A DNA stretch of 64,000 nt, taken from an uncultured Actinomycetes bacterium. Lineage in GTDB: Bacteria; Actinomycetota; Thermoleophilia; Gaiellales; Gaiellaceae. Below are positions 1 to 9,299 of this stretch, one piece after another. The translations under genes were made by a program, and so were the position numbers. The stretch is taken from NCBI GenBank assembly GCA_963773055.1, contig CAVYZL010000002.1, forward strand, positions 76,221-140,220, in the 5' to 3' direction. The notes under the pieces are model-generated. The model was not told where the DNA came from and did not search any database. It saw only the letters and a list, made by a program, of their open reading frames with translations. Each line of letters begins with the position of its first letter. Position 1 is the first letter of the stretch.

Positions 1-258
1 CGATCCGCTCGATGCCGGTCGCGCTGCGCGCGTGCTCCACCTCGAGCCGCGGCACGAGCATCGCCGGCTCACCTCCGGTCGACACGACGAACGCAATCGG
101 CCGTTCCGTGGGGATGAAGGCGAAGCCGGCGTAGTAGAGGACGTAGTAGTTGTCGAACAGCACGGCGCCGGTCAAGCCCTTCCGCGTCGAGGTGCTCACG
201 AAGCCGGGCTACGTCGCGCCGCGAACTCGGCGGACGTGATCGCGATCGAGGTGAGCAC
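1..258 (-). CDS. M24-family peptidase (creatinase/prolidase N-terminal domain), 5' part only, runs off window; frameshifted
   Basis: Reverse-strand translation gives VLTSIAITSAEFAARR, RLREHLDAEGL and TGAVLFDNYYVLYYAGFAFIPTERPIAFVVSTGGEPAMLVPRLEVEHA in three successive frames. This is typical of a creatinase/Xaa-Pro peptidase N-domain. GTG start at 258. Confidence 0.45.
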
Positions 259-281
259 GCGGGGAGCATAGGCTTCCGCCC

Positions 282-1317
282 ATGAGCAGGCAGGCGGAGG
301 TGGTCGGTCGTCGGAGCCGGGCGTGAACGGCCTGGCCACAGCGTGGGCGCTCGCGGCGAGCGGGCCGCGACGTCCTCGTCCTCGAGCAGTTCGAGAACGG
401 CCACGCGCGCGGCTCGAGCCACGGCGGCTCGCGGATCTTCCGGTTCGCGTACGACGAGCCCGAGTGGGTGGCGCTCGCGCAGGAGGCGCTGCCGCTGTGG
501 CGCGAGGCCGAGGCGGAGTCGGGCATGCAGCTGCTCTCGCTCACGGGCCTCCTCGACGCGCGCCGCGACTCGACTCCGCTGCGCGCAGCGCTCGACGCCT
601 GTGGGGCGGAGTACGAGCTGCTGACGGCCGCCGAGGCCGGCGGACCGGTTCGGGATCACGCTGGACGGCGAGGTCGTGCTCGAGACGCACGGCGGGATCG
701 CGTTCGCCGCACGCGCGCGCGAGACGTTCGCGCGCGGGATCCCGGTCGAGTACGGCGTCGCGGTCGACGGGATCGACGTAACGGCCGACGGCGTGCGCCT
801 CGGTACGGCGGCGGGAGACGTCGAGGCGGAGGTTGCGGTGATCGCCGTGGGTGCGTGGGCGACGCCGCTCCTCGCCCGGATCGGGATCGAGCTCGAGACG
901 ACCGTCTCGCGCGAGACCGTGTCCTACTTCCCGCTTCCGGGTGTCGGCGCCCTGCCCTCCGTGATCGACTGGAACGAGCACACGGGCCGGCACGCGTACT
1001 CGCTGGCGACGGAGGAGGAGCTGCTCAAGGTCGGCCTCCACCACTCCGGCACGCCGGCCGATCCGGACGTGCCCGGCGAGCCCGACCCAGAGGTCGTCGC
1101 CGCCGCCTCGGAATGGGTCGCGCGCCGCTACCCGGCGGCGGATCCGAATGCCGTGCGCGCGGAGGCGTGCCTCTACACGAACATCGCCGACGACGCCTTC
1201 GTCCTGGAGCGGCATGGCCGCATCGTCGTCTGCTCCGCCTGCTCGGGCCACGGATTCAAGTTCGCTCCGGCGGTCGGCACGCGCGTCGCGCGGCTGTGCT
1301 CGGAAGACGCCCCGTGA
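282..1317 (+). pseudogene. FAD-dependent oxidoreductase (sarcosine oxidase / N-methyltryptophan oxidase-like, DAO family), interrupted by about four +1 frameshifts
   Basis: Pieces are MSRQAEVV (frame 0), VVGAG (frame 1), VNGLATAWALAASG (frame 2) and RDVLVLEQFENGHARGSSHGGSRIFRFAYDEPEWVALAQEALPLW (frame 0). They continue into ORF 676..1317, which ends SACSGHGFKFAPAVG. GxGxxG dinucleotide fold at the N-terminus. Confidence 0.6.
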
Positions 1318-2381
1318 TCGAGCCGCTGCGACTCGGGATCGTCGGCTGCGGGTGGGTGGCGCTCGAGCGCCACCTCCCGTCGCTCCGCCACGTGGAGGAG
1401 GTGGAGGTCGTAGCGCTCGCCGACACCGACCCCCGAGCGCTCGGACGTGCGGCGGCGTTCGCGCCCTCCGCGCGGCACTATGAGAGCGCCGCGGAGCTCG
1501 CCGCCGATCCGATCGTCGAGGCGGTTGCCGTCTGCGTGCCGCCGACGGGGCACGTCGACGTCGCGCTCGTCGCGATCTCACACGGAAAGCACGTGCTCGT
1601 CGAGAAGCCGCTGGCGGCGTCGCTCGGGGACACCGACCGGCTGGCAACAGAAGCGGAGGAGTCGCCGGTGAAGGTCGTCGTCGGCTTCAACTTCCGGCGC
1701 CATCGCTTCGTCACGCGGACCCGCGAGCTGATCGCCGCGGGCGAGCTCGGCGCCGTCACCTGCATCCGAAGCGCGTTCACGAACGACGTCCCGTTCGACG
1801 ATGCCGCCCGTTGGCGCGGCTCCCGGTCGCTGGGCGGCGGCGGCATCCTCGACCGCGCCGTCCACGAGATCGACCTCTGGCGGTTTCTGCTCGACGACGA
1901 GGTCGCCGCCGTCTCCGCGTATGCCGTTCCCGGCCGTACGGAGGACGATGTCGCAGTCGTGACGGCGCAGATGCGCGGAGGAGCGCTCGCGACGATCGTC
2001 GTCCTCGACTCGGCGGTCGTGTCGCACGAGCTGACGGTCTACGGAAGCCGCGCGGCCGCCCGGCTCGACCTCTGCCGCTTCGACGGCTTCTCGATCGAGA
2101 CGAGCGCGCACCTGCCCGGGTCTCCGCGGGCTCGCCTCAACCGCGCGCGGACGACGCTCTCCGACCCGAAGGGGAGCGCGCGGGCAATCCGCCGCGGAGG
2201 GGATCACCTGCTCACCTACGAGGACGAGTGGCGCGCCTTCGCGGAGATCGTCCGCCGTGACCTCCCGGCCCGGCCGAGCATCGCGGACGGCCGGGCGGCG
2301 CTCGAGGTCGCCCTCGCTGCGATCGAGTCGGCCGTCACCGGCGCCCCAGTCGAGCTGCACGGCACGCTTCTTCCGACATGA
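1314..2381 (+). CDS. Gfo/Idh/MocA family NAD(P)-dependent oxidoreductase (module 1)
   Basis: In-frame part of ORF 468..2381 starting VIEPLRLGIVGCGWVALERHLP, with EKPLA and GFNFR motifs. The GTG start overlaps the upstream stop (GTGA at 1314-1317). Confidence 0.85.
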   Translation: MIEPLRLGIVGCGWVALERHLPSLRHVEEVEVVALADTDPRALGRAAAFAPSARHYESAAELAADPIVEAVAVCVPPTGHVDVALVAISHGKHVLVEKPLAASLGDTDRLATEAEESPVKVVVGFNFRRHRFVTRTRELIAAGELGAVTCIRSAFTNDVPFDDAARWRGSRSLGGGGILDRAVHEIDLWRFLLDDEVAAVSAYAVPGRTEDDVAVVTAQMRGGALATIVVLDSAVVSHELTVYGSRAAARLDLCRFDGFSIETSAHLPGSPRARLNRARTTLSDPKGSARAIRRGGDHLLTYEDEWRAFAEIVRRDLPARPSIADGRAALEVALAAIESAVTGAPVELHGTLLPT

Positions 2382-3346
2382 CCGACGGGCCCGCGCTGTC
2401 GGTGGTGCTCGTCACCGATACCTTCGAGACGATCCGGCGAACGGTCGAGCACCTCGAGCGACAGTCGATCTGCGACCGGCTAGAGCTCGTGATCGCGACG
2501 CGCGACGTGGCCACCCTGGGCCTGGATCGCACCGCCATCGCACCGTTTCACTCGGTGAACGTCGTCGAGGTGCCGTCGACGGCGGTGATCGGGCTTGGTC
2601 GCGCCGTCGCGATGCGCGCCGCTGCGGCGCCGATCGTCCTCGTCGGCGAGACGCACAGCTTCCCGGAGCCGTCCGCGCTCGAGACGCTTCTCGAGCGGCA
2701 TCGCGAGCCGTGGGCCGTCGTCGGCATGGCGGTGAAGAACGGCAACGGCGACTCGGTGATCGGCTGGTCGAGCGTGCTCATGGACTACGGCTCGCAGCTG
2801 GCCGGCACCCCCGGTGGCGAGGTCGCGCGAATCGCGAGCCACAACGGGTCGTACAAGCGCTCCGCCCTGCTCGCGCTAGGGCCCGAGCTCGAGCACCACA
2901 TGGGTGCGGGCGACGTGCTCAACGACGCGCTCGTGGCGCGCGGCGGCCGCCTGTATCTCGAGTCGGACGCCCGCACGGCGCATTTCAACGTCTCGCGCTT
3001 CGGCTCGTGGGTGCGCGAACGACTCGCCGCAGGCAAGTCGTTCGCCGGCTACCGCGGACGCGACTGGCCCGCCTCGAAGCGTGCCGTCTACGCGATCGGC
3101 GCGCCCGCCATCCCGTTCATACGCTTCGCGCGGATCCGGACGTTCGCGACCCACGCCGGCCTGTCCGGTCGGGCCAAGGCGCGGATCTACCCGACGCTCG
3201 CGGTCGGCCTCGTCCTCAGCGCGCTCGGCGAGCTGGCCGGGTACGTCGCCGGGACGGGCTCGAGCGAGGAAGCGGTCTCCGCGATGGAGCTGCACCGCCG
3301 GCCGCATCTGCGTGCCGACGACCAGGTCGTCTTCGACGAGGCATGA
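2378..3346 (+). CDS. GT-A fold (GT2-like) glycosyltransferase paralog with ExH in the DxD position (module 1)
   Basis: Intact 322-aa ORF. N-terminal LSVVLVTD, VLVGETHSFPEP where GT2 enzymes carry DxD, and HNGSYKRSALLALG. The ATGA start overlaps the upstream stop. Paralogous to 35466..36449 and 36454..37452. Confidence 0.7.
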   Translation: MTDGPALSVVLVTDTFETIRRTVEHLERQSICDRLELVIATRDVATLGLDRTAIAPFHSVNVVEVPSTAVIGLGRAVAMRAAAAPIVLVGETHSFPEPSALETLLERHREPWAVVGMAVKNGNGDSVIGWSSVLMDYGSQLAGTPGGEVARIASHNGSYKRSALLALGPELEHHMGAGDVLNDALVARGGRLYLESDARTAHFNVSRFGSWVRERLAAGKSFAGYRGRDWPASKRAVYAIGAPAIPFIRFARIRTFATHAGLSGRAKARIYPTLAVGLVLSALGELAGYVAGTGSSEEAVSAMELHRRPHLRADDQVVFDEA

Positions 3347-4224
3347 GCGGGCTACCCGCCTGTTCGGTTGTCGTGCCGACGCGGAACCGCGACGAGCAGC
3401 TTCGCACGTGCCTCGCGGGCATCGCCGCGCTCGACTACCCGCGGGACAGGCTCGAGACGATCGTCGTCGTCGACGGCGTCGGCCGAATGCCCGAGCCTGT
3501 CGACGGTCTCGACGTCGTCCTCGTCTCGACGCCGGGCCTCGGCCCGGCTGGTGCACGTAACGCTGGCGTCGAGCGCGCCGAGGGAGAGATCCTCGCGTTC
3601 GTCGACGACGACTGCGTGCCGCGGCCCGACTGGCTTGCCCGCCTCGTCGGCCGCCAGGCGGAAGCGCCCGACACGGCGGTGGGCGGGCGGACCGTCAACG
3701 CGCTCTCGGAGAGCCTGTGCGCGGAGGCGGCGCAGCTCGTGATCGATGTCGGCTACGCCCAGAACAGCGCGCCCGATCGCCGGTGGTTCACGACGAACAA
3801 CCTCCTCGTCCCCGCTGACGGCTTCCGCGCGCTCGGCGGCTTCGATGCCGCGTACCGGACGGCGGAGGACCGGGACTTCTGCGCGCGCTGGCTCGAGAGC
3901 GGCCGCGGGATGCTGTACGAGCCGGGCGCCGTCGTCGAGCACGCACGGCGCATGGACCTGCCGGCTTTCGTCGAGCTGCACTTCCGTTACGGGCGCGGGG
4001 CCTATCGGTTCCACCGCGACCGGCGAGGGCGTGGAAAGCCTGTCTCCGTCGAGCCTTCGTACTACGCGGCGCTCGCCCGCGAGGCGCTGGGCCGCGGCGG
4101 CGCCGGCCGTGCGGCAGCGCTCGAGGGACTGCTCGTCGTCTGGCACGTCGCGAACACGGCGGGGTTCGTCTACGAGTGGAGCCGGACTCGCTTGAACGCG
4201 CCGTCTCGAACAGCCATCCTCTAG
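3343..4224 (+). CDS. Family 2 glycosyltransferase (module 1)
   Basis: MSGLPACSVVVPTRNR, AGARNAG, LAFVDDDCVPRPDW and TAEDRDFC motifs. The ATGA start overlaps the upstream stop. The upstream part of ORF 2257..4224 is out-of-frame read-through. Confidence 0.85.
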   Translation: MSGLPACSVVVPTRNRDEQLRTCLAGIAALDYPRDRLETIVVVDGVGRMPEPVDGLDVVLVSTPGLGPAGARNAGVERAEGEILAFVDDDCVPRPDWLARLVGRQAEAPDTAVGGRTVNALSESLCAEAAQLVIDVGYAQNSAPDRRWFTTNNLLVPADGFRALGGFDAAYRTAEDRDFCARWLESGRGMLYEPGAVVEHARRMDLPAFVELHFRYGRGAYRFHRDRRGRGKPVSVEPSYYAALAREALGRGGAGRAAALEGLLVVWHVANTAGFVYEWSRTRLNAPSRTAIL

Positions 4225-4228
4225 GGCG

Positions 4229-6058
4229 ATGCGCAGCTCGATGAGCCTTCGCACGCGGTTCTTCATCCTCGTGGCCGTGGGCGCGATCGCGACCGCGACG
4301 ACCGCGTACCTCCTCCACTTCCGCTTCCTCGACAACCTCGAGCGGCAGACGATCGACCTCCGCTTCTCCGTTCGCGGCGACGAGGCGCCGCCGAAGGACG
4401 TCGTCATCGTCAAGGTCGACGACGTCACGTTCTCCGACCACAAGCAGTGGCGCTGGCCGTTCGACCGGAAGCTCCACGCCGAGCTGCTCGACCGAATTTG
4501 CACGGGCAAGCCGAAGGCGGTCGCGTTCGACATCCAGTTCTCGGAGTACGGCTCGGTCACGGGAGACAACGCGCTCGGCAACGCGCTCTATCGCTGCCGT
4601 GGGAAGACGGCGCTCGCGACGACGGAGGTGACGGCAAGCGGTAAGCCGAACCTCATCTACAACGACGGCCTCGACCAGCTGGGCGCTCGGGCAGGCAACG
4701 CGAACCTGCCGACGGACCCGGACGGGATCATCCGACGCTTTCCGCATGCCGTCGAGGGCCTCGAGGGCTTCGCCGTCGTCGCCGCCGAGATCGCGGAGGG
4801 CAAGACGATCACGAAGGACGACATGGGCGCGGACATGCAGTGGATCGACTACGCGGGCAGGCCCGGCACGGTGACGTCGTACTCGTACGGCCGCGTCCAC
4901 GACGGGAAGGTTCCGCCGAGCGCGTTCAAAGACAAGGTCGTCATCGTGGGCGCGACGGCACCGTCACTCCAGGACATCCACGCGACGCCGACGGGGGCCG
5001 TCATGTCCGGGCCGGAGATCCAGGCCGACGCGGTGGCGACCGCACTCGCGGGCTTCCCGCTCCGCAGTCTGTCGCCCTTCTGGAACATCGTCCTGATCGT
5101 CGCGCTGGGGCTGATCGTGCCGGTCGTCAGCCTTCGGGCCGGGCCGCTGATCTCGGTCGCCGTCGGCATCGTCGCGTTCCTCCTGTTCTCGTTCGGCACG
5201 CAGATGACCTTCGAGCATGGCGGCCGCATCTCGTCGTACGTCTATCCGATGTCCGCGCTCGTGATGGCGACCGTCGGGTCGATCGGCGTCCACTACGCGA
5301 TCGCTGCGTTCGAGCGAGAACGGGTGCACGACGTCTTCACCCGCTTCGTCCCGGAGCAGGTCGTGGACCAGGTGCTCGCGCAGGCGGGCGCGGACCTGCG
5401 CCTTCTGGGCAAAGAGGTCATCGCGACCGTGCTCTTCTCCGACCTCCGCGGCTTCACCTCGAGCGCCGAGCACATGTCGGCGGAGAACGTGATCAAGGTC
5501 CTCAACTACTACCTCCACGAGATGAGCGAGGCGATCCTCGAACACGGTGGCACGCTCGTCTGCTACATGGGCGACGGCATCTATGCGATCTTCGGCGCGC
5601 CGCTCGAGCAGCCGGACCACGCCGAACGCGCGCTCGCCGCCGCGCGCGAGATGCTCCTCGCGCGCCTGCCGAAGTTCAACGAGTGGATGCGCGAGCAGGG
5701 CTACGGCGAGGGCTACTTCATGGGCGTCGGCCTCAACTCGGGCCCGGTGATGACGGGGAACGTCGGCCACGAGCGCCGCATGGACTACACGGGAGTCGGG
5801 GACGTCGTGAACACAGCGTCGCGAATCGAGGGGATGACGAAGGGCACGCCGTTCTCCGTCCTCATCGCCGAGTCGACGATCGCGTTGATGACAGAGCGCC
5901 CGACCGACCTCGTCTACTACGACGAGCTCGAGATCCGCGGCCGCGTCGCGAAGCTCAAGCTCTGGGCGCTCGACATCCGGAAGCCCGACGACGCGCCGGA
6001 CGTCGTCGCCGCCCGCGAGAAGGAGGCGAAGGAGAAGGCCACTGCAAGCGTCTCCTAG
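4229..6058 (+). CDS. CHASE2 sensor domain-containing class III adenylate/guanylate cyclase
   Basis: Intact 609-aa ORF. It has an N-terminal TM segment, a periplasmic CHASE2-like region, three or more TM segments, then a cyclase domain (VLFSDLRGFTS, CYMGDGIYAIFGAP, VNTASRIEG). Confidence 0.9.
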   Translation: MRSSMSLRTRFFILVAVGAIATATTAYLLHFRFLDNLERQTIDLRFSVRGDEAPPKDVVIVKVDDVTFSDHKQWRWPFDRKLHAELLDRICTGKPKAVAFDIQFSEYGSVTGDNALGNALYRCRGKTALATTEVTASGKPNLIYNDGLDQLGARAGNANLPTDPDGIIRRFPHAVEGLEGFAVVAAEIAEGKTITKDDMGADMQWIDYAGRPGTVTSYSYGRVHDGKVPPSAFKDKVVIVGATAPSLQDIHATPTGAVMSGPEIQADAVATALAGFPLRSLSPFWNIVLIVALGLIVPVVSLRAGPLISVAVGIVAFLLFSFGTQMTFEHGGRISSYVYPMSALVMATVGSIGVHYAIAAFERERVHDVFTRFVPEQVVDQVLAQAGADLRLLGKEVIATVLFSDLRGFTSSAEHMSAENVIKVLNYYLHEMSEAILEHGGTLVCYMGDGIYAIFGAPLEQPDHAERALAAAREMLLARLPKFNEWMREQGYGEGYFMGVGLNSGPVMTGNVGHERRMDYTGVGDVVNTASRIEGMTKGTPFSVLIAESTIALMTERPTDLVYYDELEIRGRVAKLKLWALDIRKPDDAPDVVAAREKEAKEKATASVS

Positions 6059-7077
6059 GGAGTCAGCGCTTCGTTGACGGCGCTCGTGTAGAGCCCCGGG
6101 CTCGTGCCGCCGCCGATCGCGTAGACAGTGCCCTTGACCGCAGCGACAGCGAGGCCGTGGCGTGCGGTCGGCAGGTCGGGCAGGCGGCGCCACTGCCCGG
6201 TCGCGAGCTCGTAGCCGTACACGGAGTGGATCGTTCCCTCGGGCGCCTCGCCTCCGACGGAGACGACCAGGCCGCCCGCGACCGCCGCGCCCGTGCCTCC
6301 TCGTGGCCCGGGCACGGGCGGCAGGCTTTCCCAGGCGCCCGTCGCGGGCGAATACGCCTCGAAGGTGGCGAGGTTCGCGTCGTAGCCGCCGAGCCTGCCC
6401 CCGAGCGCGTAGATGCGACCGCCCGTCGCGGTCACGGCGAGATGCTCCCGCTTCGCCGGGCCAGGAATCGTCGACCACGTCCCCTTCGCGAGGTCGAAGA
6501 CGAACGCGCGCCGGGCGAGCTCCTTCGGCGCGACGCCGCCGACGACGTAGAGCTTCCCGCCGACGATCGCCGCGCCGGCGGCCGCGCGCGCCGTCGGCAT
6601 CGGCGCGAGGTTGTGCCAGCGGTTCCCGTAGTAGGCGTACGCGTAGCGGAGCCAGTGCCTCGGCGGGTCCGCGTAGCCGCCGACGACGTAGAGCTTCCCG
6701 CCGGCGGCTGCGGCCATCGCGTGGTTGACGCCGACCGGCAGGTCGGGAAGCCGGCGCCAGCGGTTCGTCGACGGCTGGTACAGGTCGACCTCCTTCGACG
6801 ACGACCCATCGACGTAGAAGCCGCCGACGACTGCGATCCCGCCGTTGTAGACGGCGGCGGCGACCTCGCTTCGCTGTACCGGCATCGGCGCGCGCTTCTT
6901 CCAGCCCGCCGCCGCGCTGCCGCCGAAGCCGCTCGTCAGAAGAAGAACTGCTGCAAGGCCTCCCACCAGGTGTCGGCCTTCGAGACGCTGCGCCGCTCGC
7001 CCGTAGTCTCGACGCCCGGCTTCCGCGCGTTCTCGTCGAAGGCGGACGTCTTCATGAGCTCGACCTCGATCGTGCAT
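6055..7077 (-). CDS. Kelch-repeat (beta-propeller) protein with N-terminal TM/signal segment
   Basis: Repeated GGKLYVVGG, GGRIYALGG and GTVYAIGG blades. Hydrophobic LVGGLAAVLLLTSGF near the N-terminus. Confidence 0.8.
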   Translation of the reverse strand: MHDRGRAHEDVRLRRERAEAGRRDYGRAAQRLEGRHLVGGLAAVLLLTSGFGGSAAAGWKKRAPMPVQRSEVAAAVYNGGIAVVGGFYVDGSSSKEVDLYQPSTNRWRRLPDLPVGVNHAMAAAAGGKLYVVGGYADPPRHWLRYAYAYYGNRWHNLAPMPTARAAAGAAIVGGKLYVVGGVAPKELARRAFVFDLAKGTWSTIPGPAKREHLAVTATGGRIYALGGRLGGYDANLATFEAYSPATGAWESLPPVPGPRGGTGAAVAGGLVVSVGGEAPEGTIHSVYGYELATGQWRRLPDLPTARHGLAVAAVKGTVYAIGGGTSPGLYTSAVNEALTP

Positions 7078-7168
7078 GGCGACCCGGGTCGTATGGTGCC
7101 ACCGCTCCGGGAGATCGCGAAGCGCGTCCCGGCGCCCGCCTCGACCCCCGACTGCGCTCGAGCTGGTG

Positions 7169-7843
7169 TCAGGGGGTAAACAGCTTCCAGTGCCCCTCGG
7201 AGACGACTTCGACAGTGCCGTCGGTCACTTTGATGGCGGTCTGATCGTCAATCGCGTACGCCGGATTCGGAATCCCGGCCGCCCATCGCTCTGCGTTCGC
7301 CATGGTGTTCTCCGGCAGGTCCTCGTTATCCACGTGCGGGAAGATCGAGAAGTCGACGATTCCGAGCGTTTCGTCGGCGCCTGTGGGCGGCTTCCAGCCG
7401 ACGAAGTCGTCCCCGATCCTGGGGGTCATCACCATGCTCCCGGCGCTCAGCCCCACCCAGACCGTCTCGTCCAGCGACGGCAACAGGTCTGCCAGCCCGG
7501 ACTGCCGCATCCAGTGGCACAGGTACAAGGCATCGCCGCCTGAGGCCAGCAGGACATCGGTCTCCTGGACCAGGGGAACCCAGCGTTCTTCGTCGATGCT
7601 GGGTAGCGCGGTCAGCTCCAGCACTCCCAAGGACTTCCAGCCCAGCTCGCACATCGGGCAGCGTGGCTCTTGTCCACTGATGAACTGCCACGCCTTCTCG
7701 CCGGGACCGACCCAGGGGTGCCCGTACATCGCGGTGGGGATGCAGAGGGCGCTGGACTCGCTGATCGGTTTGCCCAGTAGGTCGACCAGCGCGTCGTGGA
7801 TGCTCGTGTTCTTGATGCCAGCGGAAGTGAGAAGAAACCTCAA
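7169..7843 (-). CDS. pepE: Peptidase E (S51 Asp-specific dipeptidase)
   Basis: LRFLLTSAG ... LLASGGDALYL ... WVGLSAGSMV ... FPHVDN. Proposed TTG start at 7843, preceded by GGAGG. The longer ORF to 8278 is Arg/Pro-rich read-through. GC is visibly lower (about 57% in a 60-nt sample). Confidence 0.8.
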   Translation of the reverse strand: MRFLLTSAGIKNTSIHDALVDLLGKPISESSALCIPTAMYGHPWVGPGEKAWQFISGQEPRCPMCELGWKSLGVLELTALPSIDEERWVPLVQETDVLLASGGDALYLCHWMRQSGLADLLPSLDETVWVGLSAGSMVMTPRIGDDFVGWKPPTGADETLGIVDFSIFPHVDNEDLPENTMANAERWAAGIPNPAYAIDDQTAIKVTDGTVEVVSEGHWKLFTP

Positions 7844-7862
7844 GTTGCCTCCGTTGTCGATT

Positions 7863-9299
7863 TCATGACTTCCCACTTTCGGCACGGGCCATGATCTCGC
7901 GGACGACCGCCGTCTTCGCGTCCGCGTACTGCTGCACGTAGGTCCAGTCCTGGGCTGCGAGCTCGCGCTTGGCGGCGGCGTAGCGCTCCCGGTCGGAGGT
8001 GTTCTCGCGCAGCCAGTCGCGGAAGAGAAGCATGCGATCGGTCTCCTCGCAGCCGGCGCTGAAGACGTGGAGGTTGACGTTCGTGTCGGGCCCCTTGAAC
8101 ACCCGGTGCTCGAACCACTCGGGCTCGCGGATCGACAGGGGATAGCCGGCCGCCTCGAGATCGGTCGCATAGGAGTCCTCGTCCGAGGAGTCCGGCACCT
8201 CGAGCACGACGTCGATGATCGGCTTCGCCGGCAGGCTCGGTACGGACGTCGAGCCCGCGTGCTCGATCCTGACGACACGGTCGCCGAGGGTCGCGCGGAT
8301 CCGCGACTCCTCGCGCGCGTAGAGCGCCGGCCACTCCGGGTCGTACTCGTGGATCTCGATGAGGCCGGTGAGCTTCGGCGGCGGCTTGACCCAGACCTTG
8401 GCGAGCTGCTCCTCGTAGGCGGCCGCGTCGGTCGGGTCGAGCTGGACGTCTCCGACCACCTCCCCGCGTGAGTTCTCGACGGACATGACGCCGAGATCCT
8501 CGCCGAGGAAGCGGCCGAGCGCCGCGCGAAGCGGGCGCGTGCTGCCGTCCTCGGACTTCAGCGCGTAGCCCGTCCCGTCGGGCGCGACGGCGCAGAACAG
8601 ACCCTCGGCGCCGCCCTTCGCAACCCAATCCGGGTGCGCCTGCATGAGGTCGGTATCCAGCGAGCCCTGCCCGCCGACGAGCTCGGGGTGCGCGCGCATC
8701 GCCGCGAGCACGCGCTCCGCGCCGTCGAGCTCGGCGAGCCGGCTGAACGCGGCCGCCATCCGCTCGAGCGAGAGCGCGAACGTCACGACCCCGCAGCCAT
8801 CGACAGCGGTCGGGATCGCATCTTCCGGGAGCCCGGCCGCCGCCGCGACCTCTGCCGAAACGGCCCGCTGAACGGGGTGCTCCGCGAGCCGGTAGCCACT
8901 CGTCTGCCAGCCCTCGGCCCGCGCCAGCGCGAGGAAGCCCGCGTGCTTGCCCGAGCAGTTGTGGTGGATCGCTCCGGGCAACCGGCCCTCCTGCTCGCCG
9001 CACTCGAGATCCGCTTCGGTGTTGCCGCCCGCTTCGAGCAGGCGTCGCGCGGCGGCGATCTGCGCCGGCTCGGCGCGGTGAGACGCGCAGGCGATCGCGA
9101 TCTCGGCGTCGTCGAGGTCGGGCCGGACGCGAACGAGCGGGAGCGCCTGGATCGGCTTCGCGCTGGAGCGGAGGAAGCAGACGAGCGCCGGATCTCCGGC
9201 CGACGCGACCACCTCTCCGTCGCGCACGGCGACGGCGTGGACGCGGTGGCGCGCCTCGACGGTCGCCCCGCGCCGGACGGATACGCTGATCGCGTCCAT
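7863..9299 (-). CDS. Asparaginase II (Rhizobium-type, PF06089-like) fused to a C-terminal GrpB domain
   Basis: Single intact 478-aa ORF. The N-terminal ~300 aa carry SSAKPIQALPLV, HHNCSGKHAGFL and VAKGGAEGL. The C-terminal ~170 aa carry IEHAGSTSVPSLPAKPIIDVVLEV and FRDWLR, which are GrpB hallmarks. Confidence 0.8.
   Translation of the reverse strand: MDAISVSVRRGATVEARHRVHAVAVRDGEVVASAGDPALVCFLRSSAKPIQALPLVRVRPDLDDAEIAIACASHRAEPAQIAAARRLLEAGGNTEADLECGEQEGRLPGAIHHNCSGKHAGFLALARAEGWQTSGYRLAEHPVQRAVSAEVAAAAGLPEDAIPTAVDGCGVVTFALSLERMAAAFSRLAELDGAERVLAAMRAHPELVGGQGSLDTDLMQAHPDWVAKGGAEGLFCAVAPDGTGYALKSEDGSTRPLRAALGRFLGEDLGVMSVENSRGEVVGDVQLDPTDAAAYEEQLAKVWVKPPPKLTGLIEIHEYDPEWPALYAREESRIRATLGDRVVRIEHAGSTSVPSLPAKPIIDVVLEVPDSSDEDSYATDLEAAGYPLSIREPEWFEHRVFKGPDTNVNLHVFSAGCEETDRMLLFRDWLRENTSDRERYAAAKRELAAQDWTYVQQYADAKTAVVREIMARAESGKS

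Noticed and set aside
69-1647. Long ORFs 69..659(-), 323..781(+), 343..624(+) and 541..1647(-), with many similar ones throughout the track
   Set aside because: Their Arg/Ala/Pro/Gly-rich, low-complexity translations are typical of out-of-frame or antisense reading of >70% GC coding DNA. They overlap frames that carry clear conserved motifs.
468-2381. A 637-aa ORF as a single protein
   Set aside because: The first ~280 aa are partly the upstream oxidase read in one of its frames and partly Arg-rich nonsense. The Gfo/Idh/MocA protein starts at the GTG at 1314, which overlaps the upstream stop.
2257-4224. A 655-aa ORF as a single protein
   Set aside because: Only the last 293 aa (from ATG 3343) form the GT2. 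The upstream part is an out-of-frame reading of genes 1314-3346.
7844-8278. An N-terminal extension of the pepE ORF, and ORF 7840..9003(-)
   Set aside because: Both are Pro/Arg/Ser-rich and overlap the well-supported asparaginase-GrpB frame. pepE has a good TTG start plus GGAGG at 7843.
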